DNA of 37,604 nt, from assembly GCA_043821645.1 (NCBI GenBank), contig JBDRCO010000059.1, positions 1 to 37,604 on the forward strand. The letters are read 5' to 3'. The notes under the pieces were generated by a model. It saw only the letters and a list, made by a program, of their open reading frames with translations, ran no database searches and had not been told where the DNA came from. Shown one piece after another: positions 8,778-17,320 of this stretch. Positions within the stretch are counted from its first letter, which is position 1. The number at the start of each line of letters is the position of its first letter. This DNA is from Pseudomonadota bacterium. Lineage in GTDB: Bacteria > Myxococcota > JACRCW01 > JAFGSX01. A program made the translations under genes and the position numbers.

Positions 8778-10469
8778 TCAGTTGCCGGGTCCGTTCGGCG
8801 TGACGGTATCGATGACGGTGACCGCGCGACTGGGCCAGTCGATGGTGGCCACCTCCCACCAGTCCGCGTCCGCAAGCTCGGCGATGTATTCCGAGTGCAG
8901 GTTGCCGAACAGGAATAGCCGGATCACGGCCACGGTGTTGCCCTCGCCATGGTCCGAGAAGTAGTCCACCGCGACCTTGTAGGTCCCCTCGTGGGGCACC
9001 TTGATGTTGATGTTCTCGGGGCCATAGCCGTAAAGGTCGTCGACGTCGAGGGAGGGGTTGGCCTCGGCATCGGCCGGAAACCACACCAGGTTGCCACTCT
9101 GCACCTTGCAGTTGGCGTAATAGCAGTCGTCGTCGCTGAAGGGGTCGTAGGACCCTCCACCCAGTTCGTGCAGCAGGTGCAGGTCCACGTCGCTGTTGGG
9201 GTGATCCCACACCAGCTGCACGTGGATGGCCTCGGTGGGGATGGCGTTGAACGACACCACCGCCTCGTTGACGCTGGAGGCGCCGCGCGAGTCGACCACG
9301 GTCAGGCGCACCTCCCAGAAGCCGGCGATGTCGACGCCCGGGACGACGTTGTTGGAGTTGTTGAACATGAAGCGCGGCGTCATCGACGAGGGGTCATCCA
9401 GGAAGCCGTGGCTGCCCACGGGCTGGTTGATGATCTCCCATCGGTAGTCGGTGAGGCGCAGGTTGCGCGACGAGGGCTGCGACTCCTCTCCGGTGAGCAC
9501 CACATCGTCCAGGGGTTCGATGCGGCGCGCGTCAAAATCGAGATCTCCGTTGACGCTGTAGATGCTCGCCACCGCGGTCGGGGTATGCGCGCCCTCGATC
9601 TTGATGGGAACGCGCACGCGGCTGCGGCTATCCTCATCGGGGCAGGGACTCTGCGACGTGCCGCACCCCGGATCGTTGCTCTCGATCAGGATCATGCCCC
9701 GGAAGATACCCAGGCCCGAGGGCACGCCCCGCGCCACGAAGGAGCGCGACGAGGTGTTGCCAGGGTCGGGCGGCGGGATCACGCTCTCGAAGCGCTCGCC
9801 AGTCTGCGGATCGACACCGGGTACACGGCCCACGAACTCGAAGCCATACGCAGTCTCGTCCTCGATGAAGCTGATGCGCTCGACCACCAGATCCTTGGTG
9901 CCTCGGTTGAAGATCTCGAAGGTGCAGGCTGCCGGGTAGCCGACCCCGGTGATGCCCAGATCCGCTGCCTCGGTGGTTCCGGGGTAGGTGCCGGTACAGG
10001 GCGAGCGCGCCACCACCTCGATCTGGGGCAGACCATTGTCGATCCCCTGGCCCTTGAGCTCGATCACCACGGGCTTGCCCTGCACGTTGACCGCGTCGCT
10101 CTTGACCAGCAAGGTCGCGGTCACCGGGGTCTCCACCAGGGGCCTGTAGGACACGATCATCTTGGACGAGATCCCCTCGGCCACTCGATCAGGCCAGTGA
10201 TCGACCCGGAACGAGGGATCCGAGTCCAGCGAGAAGGATGGCTCCTCGAGGTTGAGCAGCACATTGGATGGATTGCTGATGGTGATCTCGCGGGTCGCAC
10301 GGGTCGACAGCGCCACGGTCTCGAAGTCGACCAGGCAGGCCTGGATCCCCTGATCCTTGCACACATCTACCTGGATGCGCGGCGCCAGTGTCACGAACTC
10401 CTCGTCCGGACAACCCGCCAGCAGGGTGATTGCCAGCACGCCCGCCGCTCCATGCCTGCCCATTTTCAT
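8778..10469 (-). CDS. Lipoprotein: 2x choice-of-anchor-D/ASH Ig-like + PKD-like + YfaP/DUF2135-like domain (module gene A)
   Basis: Start reassigned to about 10469 (RBS AAGGGG; alternative ATGs at 10475 and 10463); lipobox LAGC. Motifs HVQLVWDHPNSDVDLH and LDVDDLYGYGPENINI. Clear paralog of 4199-5734. Confidence 0.85.
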   Translation of the reverse strand: MKMGRHGAAGVLAITLLAGCPDEEFVTLAPRIQVDVCKDQGIQACLVDFETVALSTRATREITISNPSNVLLNLEEPSFSLDSDPSFRVDHWPDRVAEGISSKMIVSYRPLVETPVTATLLVKSDAVNVQGKPVVIELKGQGIDNGLPQIEVVARSPCTGTYPGTTEAADLGITGVGYPAACTFEIFNRGTKDLVVERISFIEDETAYGFEFVGRVPGVDPQTGERFESVIPPPDPGNTSSRSFVARGVPSGLGIFRGMILIESNDPGCGTSQSPCPDEDSRSRVRVPIKIEGAHTPTAVASIYSVNGDLDFDARRIEPLDDVVLTGEESQPSSRNLRLTDYRWEIINQPVGSHGFLDDPSSMTPRFMFNNSNNVVPGVDIAGFWEVRLTVVDSRGASSVNEAVVSFNAIPTEAIHVQLVWDHPNSDVDLHLLHELGGGSYDPFSDDDCYYANCKVQSGNLVWFPADAEANPSLDVDDLYGYGPENINIKVPHEGTYKVAVDYFSDHGEGNTVAVIRLFLFGNLHSEYIAELADADWWEVATIDWPSRAVTVIDTVTPNGPGN

Positions 10470-10785
10470 GTCCATACCCCTTGTGAATCGGAGCGCCCGG
10501 GCGCCCCAGAGACGATGCACACACCGGCGCGGAAGTCTGCCACAGCGCATCGCGAGCTGACAACACCCGGCCAGCGCCGGCCAAGATGCCAGACCCCCTC
10601 CAGGCCCGGCGACACCCGGGCCGTTTGCTGCCAATATCCTACCTGGATGCTCAAGGGAAAAAGCCCACACTGGCCAGGAGGAGGACGCAGGGGGCCGGCC
10701 TCGCACGCTGGCCTCGCTCAACATCCTTCCGATCCGGTGGCGGGCATAGTAGATCTAGTCTCGTAGAACAAGGCGGCTGGCGACC

Positions 10786-13700
10786 ATGCAAAAAAACCTC
10801 GTCATCGTCGACGCGGATGCGACCTTCGCGCGCAGCATCGAGCACCTTTTCACGGGCCACGGCTTTGCCGCAGCCATCCTCGCTGACGGGGATCAGGCCT
10901 TCGATGCGATCAAACAGGCCCTGCCGCAGCTGGTCATCCTCAACGTCGAACTGCCCCGGGGCAGCGGCTACTCGATCTGCAACCGCCTCAAGCGCGCGGC
11001 CGAGACCAAGCAGATCCCCCTCATCCTGACCAGCGCGGAAGCGACGGCAGAGGCCTTCGCGGCGCACCAGGAGCAAAAGACCCGGGCCGACGCCTATCTG
11101 CGCAAGCCCTTCGAACTCGACGATCTGCTGGGAGAGGCCCGGAACATCGTGCCCAACATGTTCGATGGTAGCAGCAGCGACGGTGAGAGCAGCGAACAGA
11201 AGGACGCGACCGGCGAACCCGCGGTCGAACGCATGACCCTCGATGACGACGACGATGACGACGACATCCTGGAGATCGCGGAGCAGCCGCTGGAGACCAG
11301 CGCGGAACCCGAGTCGCCACCTCCCGGGCCTCCTCCCGCCGTTTCCGCCCCGGCCCCCGGAGCCCCCCCGCCCCTGCCCACGCGCGGTCGCGCCGAGCGC
11401 GGTGAACGGCCCAAGCTCCCCAGCCTCGATGAACTTTTAGCCTCGACGCGACCCAGCGACGAGAAACCGCTGTCGGCCACCAAGGCCGCGGGCCCCGAGG
11501 CCAAGCTGGAATTCCTGCGCGAGACCCTCAAGCGCAAGGAGGCCGACCTGCTGCGGGCGCGCGATCTGTGGACCACCCGCGACCGCGAGATGCTCGCCCT
11601 GAGCGACACCCTCGACGCCCGCGAACGCGAGGTGGTGGAGGTTGAACGTCAGCGCGACAACCTGCGCGAGGAACTGTCCAAGGCCATGGACCGCATCGAT
11701 GGCCTGACCGCGGACAACGCCATTCTCGACGAGCGCGGTCGCCGCCTCGAGCGCGAGCTTCAGGCCCTGGGCGAGGAGATCAACAGCGTCTGCAACGAAC
11801 GCGACCGCACCGTGGCCGATCGCGACGGTCGCATCCAGGAGCTGGAGACGACCCTGGCCGAGGAGCGGCAGGCCACCAGCCAGGCCGCCCAGGAAGCTGC
11901 CGCGCAGATCGCCGAGCTGGAGCAGCAGCTGGCCGCGACGCGCGACGACGCCGCCAAGGCCTCGGAGCAGGCCCAGAACAGCATCCAGGAACTCAAGGAG
12001 CACGAAGCCCAGCTGCTAAGCGAGCAGGAGGAGCACCGGGCCACCATCGAGGGCCTGCGCGCCGAGCTGACCGAGCAAAGCCGGGGCCGGGTCGAGGCGG
12101 AGGCTGGTCTGGCGAGCGCCAATGGCCGGATCCAGGAGCTGGAGCGCGAACTCGGGGACACCCGCAGCGAGCGGGATGCCCAGGTGGCCGAGCTGCAGAC
12201 CCAGATCAGCGAGCTCGAGGAAGCGCGCGAGGGCCTGGAGGCGGAGCTGGGAGAGGCCCGGGGACAGCTCGCCGAGCAGGAGACCCGTATCGCCGAGCTC
12301 GACGAGAAGCTCATCGAGGAGCAGGCCAAGCTCAGCGACCGCGAGCGCGATCTGAAGCAGGTGTACCGTCGTGCCACCGAGCTCGAGGAGAATCTGGCGC
12401 AGACGGGCTCGGACCTCGAGACCACCCGTGCCGATCTCGAGGAGACCCGCGGTCTGCTGTTGCAGCGTGAGGAAGACCTGAGCCAGACCCGCGGTGCCCT
12501 CGAGCAGGAGCGCGCGGACCACCAGGAGAAGCGGCAGCAGCTCGAGGGAGAGCTCGGCGAGACCCGGTCCACCCTGGCCCAGCGCGAGGAGACCCTGACC
12601 GAGCGCGAGAAGAGCATCCACCAACTCAAGGAAGCGCGCGACAGCTTGCTCGATCGCGTCAAGAGCCTCGACGGGGAACTCAAGCAGACCCGCGAGACCA
12701 CCGAGGCGGAGATCAAGCGCCTCGCTCAGGACCTGGCACAGACGGCCGAGGCTCTGCGTCAGAGCCAGGCCGCCCACCAGGAGTCCGAAGCGCGGGGGCA
12801 GGAACGCGAGGCCAAGCTCACAGGAGAGCTGCAGAACTCGGAGCAGCGGTACCGGGAGCTGGGCGAGAGCCACAAGGCGACCCGGCACAAGCTCTCGGAA
12901 CTGGACAAGACCCACCGCGCTCTGACCGCACGCACCGAGGAGGTCGAGCGCCAGCGCAAGGAGCTGAGCGAGCGCCTGCAGGGCTCGGAAGCCGAACTGC
13001 GGGCCGTTCGCGAGGAGAGCGGCAAGCGCGAGCGCGAGCTCAACCAGACCCGGCAGCGGGCCGAGGAGCTGGAGGGTGAGCTCGGGTCAACCCGCAGCGA
13101 GCTCGCCGAGGAGCGTGCCCGCCACCAGTCGACCCTGTCCCAGTTCGAGGAGCAGACCGGAGCCAAGATCTCGACGCTCGAGACAGAGCTCGACGAGGCG
13201 CGGCAGAGTGGTGCCAGCTTCAAGCAGGATCTGACCCGCGAGCGAGAACGCGCGCACCAGCTCGAGGCAGACGTGGGCGAGGTGCGGGCGCAGAAGGCCG
13301 AGGAGGCCAAGCTGCGCGCCGACGCCGAGGAACGGCTGCGCAAGCTGGCACGAAAGACCAAGGACTCCGAGGAAAAGCTGGCGCGCCTCGACAAGGAACG
13401 CGCGACCCTGGCCGGGCAGATCGAGCGCCTCGAGTCCACCAAGGCCGAACTCGAGGAGGGGATGTCGGATGCACGGCGGCGCTTCCAGGAGGAAGAGGTC
13501 ACCCTGCGCTCGTCCCTGAAGGAAGCCCAGAAGTCCGCGACCTCGACAGGAGAGACAGCGCGCAAAGAGATCGCCCAGCTCACCGCCGAACGCGACAAGC
13601 TGCAAAAAGCCCTCAAGGACCTGGAAGCCAACAGCGGGGGCAAGGTCGGTGACCTTGAGTCCAAGCTCGAGAAGACCCTGGCGCGGGCCCAGCAACTCGA

Positions 13701-14154
13701 GGGCGAGTTCAAGAAAGAGCGCCAGGCCCGGGTCCAGGAGCGCGCCAAGTTCAAGACCGCGGAGGAGAGTTCGCAGGCCAGGCTCCAGGCACTGGAAGCG
13801 CAGCTCTCCGGAGCCAGCCAGGGCGGTGCCGAGGGCGAGGCCCTCAAGCAGCGGCTCGACGAGAAGGAGAAGACGCTCGAGAAGGCCCAGGACGACGTCA
13901 AGAAGCTGCGCGAGAAGTACGCCGAAGCCGTCGACAAGAACAAGAAGCTGATGGAGAAGGTCAAGCAGGGCGCCGGTGCCGCCGGTGGCGACGTCGCCGA
14001 GCTGCGCAAGAAGTACAACGAGCTGGTCACGCGCTACAAGGAGCGCGAGGAGGCGCGGCGCAAGCTGCAGGAGGAGCACGACAAGGTGCTCGACAACCTG
14101 CAAAAGACCAAGGCCGCCCTGCGCGAAGCCGTGGCCCGGGGCGGCAAGGGCTGA
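10786..14154 (+). CDS. aglZ: AglZ-like adventurous-gliding protein: pseudo-receiver domain + Pro-rich linker + long coiled coil
   Basis: Receiver fold with the phospho-Asp replaced (LVILNVELP) and a H...T.ADAYL.KPF motif typical of AglZ/FrzS. The segment PEAKLEFLRETLKRKEA.L.R..DLW..RDRE resembles the AglZ coil entry as I recall it. About 880 aa of heptad-rich sequence follow. Confidence 0.75.
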   Translation: MQKNLVIVDADATFARSIEHLFTGHGFAAAILADGDQAFDAIKQALPQLVILNVELPRGSGYSICNRLKRAAETKQIPLILTSAEATAEAFAAHQEQKTRADAYLRKPFELDDLLGEARNIVPNMFDGSSSDGESSEQKDATGEPAVERMTLDDDDDDDDILEIAEQPLETSAEPESPPPGPPPAVSAPAPGAPPPLPTRGRAERGERPKLPSLDELLASTRPSDEKPLSATKAAGPEAKLEFLRETLKRKEADLLRARDLWTTRDREMLALSDTLDAREREVVEVERQRDNLREELSKAMDRIDGLTADNAILDERGRRLERELQALGEEINSVCNERDRTVADRDGRIQELETTLAEERQATSQAAQEAAAQIAELEQQLAATRDDAAKASEQAQNSIQELKEHEAQLLSEQEEHRATIEGLRAELTEQSRGRVEAEAGLASANGRIQELERELGDTRSERDAQVAELQTQISELEEAREGLEAELGEARGQLAEQETRIAELDEKLIEEQAKLSDRERDLKQVYRRATELEENLAQTGSDLETTRADLEETRGLLLQREEDLSQTRGALEQERADHQEKRQQLEGELGETRSTLAQREETLTEREKSIHQLKEARDSLLDRVKSLDGELKQTRETTEAEIKRLAQDLAQTAEALRQSQAAHQESEARGQEREAKLTGELQNSEQRYRELGESHKATRHKLSELDKTHRALTARTEEVERQRKELSERLQGSEAELRAVREESGKRERELNQTRQRAEELEGELGSTRSELAEERARHQSTLSQFEEQTGAKISTLETELDEARQSGASFKQDLTRERERAHQLEADVGEVRAQKAEEAKLRADAEERLRKLARKTKDSEEKLARLDKERATLAGQIERLESTKAELEEGMSDARRRFQEEEVTLRSSLKEAQKSATSTGETARKEIAQLTAERDKLQKALKDLEANSGGKVGDLESKLEKTLARAQQLEGEFKKERQARVQERAKFKTAEESSQARLQALEAQLSGASQGGAEGEALKQRLDEKEKTLEKAQDDVKKLREKYAEAVDKNKKLMEKVKQGAGAAGGDVAELRKKYNELVTRYKEREEARRKLQEEHDKVLDNLQKTKAALREAVARGGKG

Positions 14155-14172
14155 GCAAACCAGGGGCGAGCA

Positions 14173-17100
14173 TCACCCCGTGTGTCGCCGCCCCAGGATG
14201 TCGCGAACCACCGCGAGCACCTCGTCAAACTTGAAGGGCTTGCTGACCAGCACGTCGACACCAGCCTCGCACATCTCGATCTCGTCGACGCTGGCACCCC
14301 AGCCCGTGAGCAGACCCACCGGGATCTCGGGACGTCGCTTCTTGAGCTCGCGCACCACGTCAAAGCCACTGAGACCCGGCATCCCCAGGTCGGTGAAGAC
14401 GAGATCAAAGGTTCCCTGGTCGAAGAGCGCCAGCCCCTGCTCGCCGTCCTCGGCCAGCACCACCTCGTGGTCTGCGGTCTGCAGGATGTCTGCGAGCACC
14501 TCGCGAATGGGCTCCTCGTCGTCGATCACCAGGATGCGCGCGCGCATGCCTGGCGGTGCCACCTCAGCCTCACTGGCCGCGGCCTGATCGATGGCCGCCG
14601 CAGGAATCACGATGCGAAAGGCCGTACCCTGGCCGGGCTCGCTCTCGACCTCGATGTGCCCCAGGTGCTGCTTGATGATGGTGTGGGACACGCTGAGACC
14701 GAGGCCGCTGCCGCGCACGCCCTTGGTCGTGTAGAAAGGGTCAAACACCCGCGCCCGGACCTCGGCGGGCATCCCGCTCCCCTCGTCCTTGACCTCGACG
14801 AAGCTTCCCCTGGCCTCGATGCCAGTCCGCACCAGGATGCGTCCGCCCGTGGGCATGGCGTCGCAGGCATTGTGGATGAGATTGGTCAGCACCTCGCGCA
14901 GCTCATGCGCATTTCCGCGCACCGTGGGGACCGGCTCACACCGCAGTTCGACCTCGATGCGCAGACCCTCGCGCAGGGGGCGATCGTGCCAGCGCGGCTG
15001 GGTGTAGTCGACGGCGTCCTGGGCCACGCTGCACAGGTCGACGACCTCGGACGGTGGCTCTCGCTGGGTTCGCGAGTACTCCTGTACGCGCAGCACCGTG
15101 GCGGCACCGTCCAGCGCCGCACGCTCGATGACGTCGAGATTCTTGCGCAGCGCCTCGTCGTGGATGTAGTTCTTGAGCAGCTGGGCGCGCCCCAGGATGG
15201 CCCCGAGTACGTTGTTGAAGTCATGCGCGACCCCGGCGGCCAGCTCGCCCAGGGCCTCGAGACGACCTGTCTGCACCAGCTGCTCCTGTGCCGCCTTGAG
15301 CTCGGCCAGAGTGCTCTCGAGCTCCGAGAACAGCCGTGCGTTCTTGATGGCCACCGCCAGGTGCGCCGCCAGGGCGCTGAGGATCTCGAGCACGTCATTG
15401 TCGACCGCGTTGCCCGCAAGCCAGGACAGGTTCAGGGTCCCCACGGGCATGCGCTCGACGACGATGGGAACGGTCACGAAGCTGTGCATCCCCTTCTCGG
15501 CCAGGTGACGTTCGTACTCGCCCTTGGCCTGTTCCAGGTCCACCGTGACGGCGTGATGGCTCTCGATGGCCTCGCCCAGGGCCGAGTCCGTCCTCGACAC
15601 CTGGGCCAGGGTCGGCGCCACCTCGATGCCGTCGACGGACAGGAAGTGCAGATCGAAGCGATCGTGGGCGGGGTCGAAGAGGGAGACACTGACGCGGTCG
15701 CACCCCACGAGGCGCCGCAGCTGGCTGGCTGCCAGCGAGAACACCTCGCGGGTATCGAGGGTGCCACCGATGAGGCGCGTGATCTCGTCGAGAGCGACCA
15801 GGCGTCGGACCGTGGCTTTTTGCCGTTCGTGAATCTGGGCCTTGTCCACGGCGGTGCCGATCTGGTTGCCGATGTGTTGCAGCAGGTCCAGCTCCTCGCC
15901 ACTGAACACACGGGGGCTGTCCGAGAAGCACACCGCCACGCCCAGCACCTTGCCCTGGGCCTTGACCGGCACGGCCACCGTCGACACGAAGCCGGTCTGC
16001 CGGACCTCGTCGATGTGCACCCGGGGGTCGGTTCGCAGGTCGTCGACGACGATGAGTTCACCGGTCGAGGCCGCCAGACCCATGATGCCGGAGCCGATGG
16101 GGATGGCGCGCAGGCTTCGCCGGAACACGTCGCTCACACCGCGGAAAACGTGGCTCTCGATCACGTTCAGACGCGGGTTGACCAGGGCGATCCCCGCGGC
16201 GGACAGGTTCATGACACTCATCAGGCGCTCGGCCGCGATGTCGAGCACCGTGGTCAGATCCAGGGAGCGGTTGACCGTGGCCGCGATGTCGTTGAGCACC
16301 GCAAGCTGTCGATTGCGCCGGACCAGGGCCTTCTCGAAGGCCTTGCGCTCGGTGATGTCCTGCAGGATGCCCAGCGTCGCGGGCTGACCCTGGTACTCGA
16401 TGTACGCCACACTGACGCCGACGTCGAAGCGCTCACCACCGCGGGTCATACCTACAAACTCGTAACGCGGCTCGAGCATCTCTCCGCGCGAGGAGCGCCG
16501 CGCACGCTCGCGGATCATCTCCCGGCTGTCTGGCGCGATCAGGCTCTCGTAGTCGAAGTCGTCGTCGATCACCTCGTTGTGACCAAGGCCGAACAGCTGC
16601 TCGAAGCGCTGGTTGACGAAGACGAAGCGATTGCCGCTGAGGATGTAGATCCCGTCCGAGGTCTTCTCGAGCAAACTCCGGTACTCGGGGCTGCCGATAT
16701 CGAAGCTCTGGCGGAGCCTGCGCTCGTCGAGGGTGCGGCGCATCAGCACGGGCAGGGTCCGGCGCAGGTTCAGGGACTTGGGCACAAGTTCGGCACCCCC
16801 GAGCTGCAGCACATCGGAGGCCGCCGAGGGATCGGTCAGTTCGCTGAGCACGATGACATGGGGATCCCCGAGTCCATTCTGGCGCACCCCACGCAGAAGA
16901 TCCGCCACGTGGGCGTCGGGCAGGGTGTCATCGAGCAGGACCACGTCGAAGGCGCGCGACTCGACCTCGATCAGGCACGCGGCAGCGCTGGCAGCCAGCA
17001 CGACCTCGACGCCAGGCAGGGCCTCCCCCAGGACCCGGGCCAGGAAGGCGGACTGTCGCGCATCGTCCTCGACGATGAGCACTCGATGTGACGTGGTCAC
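14173..17100 (-). CDS. Cytoplasmic hybrid sensor histidine kinase (REC-PAS-GAF-GAF-HisKA-HATPase-REC)
   Basis: GTG start with GGAGG. PAS ends DITERK; H-box LAAGVAHDFNN; N-box NLIHNA.DAM; G1/F/G2 DEGSGM..FDPFYTTK..GSGLGL; C-terminal REC DLVFTDLGMPG..KPF; no TM segments. Confidence 0.95.
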   Translation of the reverse strand: MTTSHRVLIVEDDARQSAFLARVLGEALPGVEVVLAASAAACLIEVESRAFDVVLLDDTLPDAHVADLLRGVRQNGLGDPHVIVLSELTDPSAASDVLQLGGAELVPKSLNLRRTLPVLMRRTLDERRLRQSFDIGSPEYRSLLEKTSDGIYILSGNRFVFVNQRFEQLFGLGHNEVIDDDFDYESLIAPDSREMIRERARRSSRGEMLEPRYEFVGMTRGGERFDVGVSVAYIEYQGQPATLGILQDITERKAFEKALVRRNRQLAVLNDIAATVNRSLDLTTVLDIAAERLMSVMNLSAAGIALVNPRLNVIESHVFRGVSDVFRRSLRAIPIGSGIMGLAASTGELIVVDDLRTDPRVHIDEVRQTGFVSTVAVPVKAQGKVLGVAVCFSDSPRVFSGEELDLLQHIGNQIGTAVDKAQIHERQKATVRRLVALDEITRLIGGTLDTREVFSLAASQLRRLVGCDRVSVSLFDPAHDRFDLHFLSVDGIEVAPTLAQVSRTDSALGEAIESHHAVTVDLEQAKGEYERHLAEKGMHSFVTVPIVVERMPVGTLNLSWLAGNAVDNDVLEILSALAAHLAVAIKNARLFSELESTLAELKAAQEQLVQTGRLEALGELAAGVAHDFNNVLGAILGRAQLLKNYIHDEALRKNLDVIERAALDGAATVLRVQEYSRTQREPPSEVVDLCSVAQDAVDYTQPRWHDRPLREGLRIEVELRCEPVPTVRGNAHELREVLTNLIHNACDAMPTGGRILVRTGIEARGSFVEVKDEGSGMPAEVRARVFDPFYTTKGVRGSGLGLSVSHTIIKQHLGHIEVESEPGQGTAFRIVIPAAAIDQAAASEAEVAPPGMRARILVIDDEEPIREVLADILQTADHEVVLAEDGEQGLALFDQGTFDLVFTDLGMPGLSGFDVVRELKKRRPEIPVGLLTGWGASVDEIEMCEAGVDVLVSKPFKFDEVLAVVRDILGRRHTG

Positions 17101-17170
17101 AGATCCTCCACGTGTCCAGTCCTGACAATAGTGCCAAGACCTGCGTGCGCCAAGAGAACGTCCTGGCGTC

Positions 17171-17200
17171 TTGACCGCTCCCGCACCCCGCCCTTATCAT
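17171..17200 (+). promoter_or_regulatory. Putative sigma70-type promoter for the fadL-like gene
   Basis: TTGACC-N18-TATCAT, 120 nt upstream of ATG 17321. Confidence 0.5.
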
Positions 17201-17320
17201 CTCGTCCTTCCACGTGCTTGCCGCTTCGCAGCGGAAGCGGCGCCGCTCGTTCTGGTGGTCCTGGCCGTTGGTTTCTGCCGCGAGTGTCACGACGGGGATC
17301 CCCCCTGGGAGAGGAATCGG

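Noticed and set aside
10470-10724. N-terminal extensions given by the ORF track (also 4200-4295, 5735-5917, 17171-17320, 25984-26169, 28407-29075 and 31206-31382)
   Set aside because: They overlap neighbouring genes or precede clear RBS + signal-peptide starts, so starts were reassigned downstream.
5142-10766. Long plus-strand ORFs (788, 401 and 605 aa) opposite the lipoprotein operon
   Set aside because: Antisense shadows with His/Arg/Val-rich nonsense composition; the minus-strand frames have signal peptides, domains and RBSs.
11500-14100. Quasi-periodic GAGCTG/GAGGAG repeats that could suggest a repeat array, SMC or tape-measure gene
   Set aside because: Explained by coiled-coil heptads of AglZ; no Walker motifs, hinge or phage context.
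14182-17091. 969-aa plus-strand ORF spanning the kinase gene
   Set aside because: Exact antisense shadow of a well-formed histidine kinase. High GC3 coding removes stops on the opposite strand, and it has no motifs.
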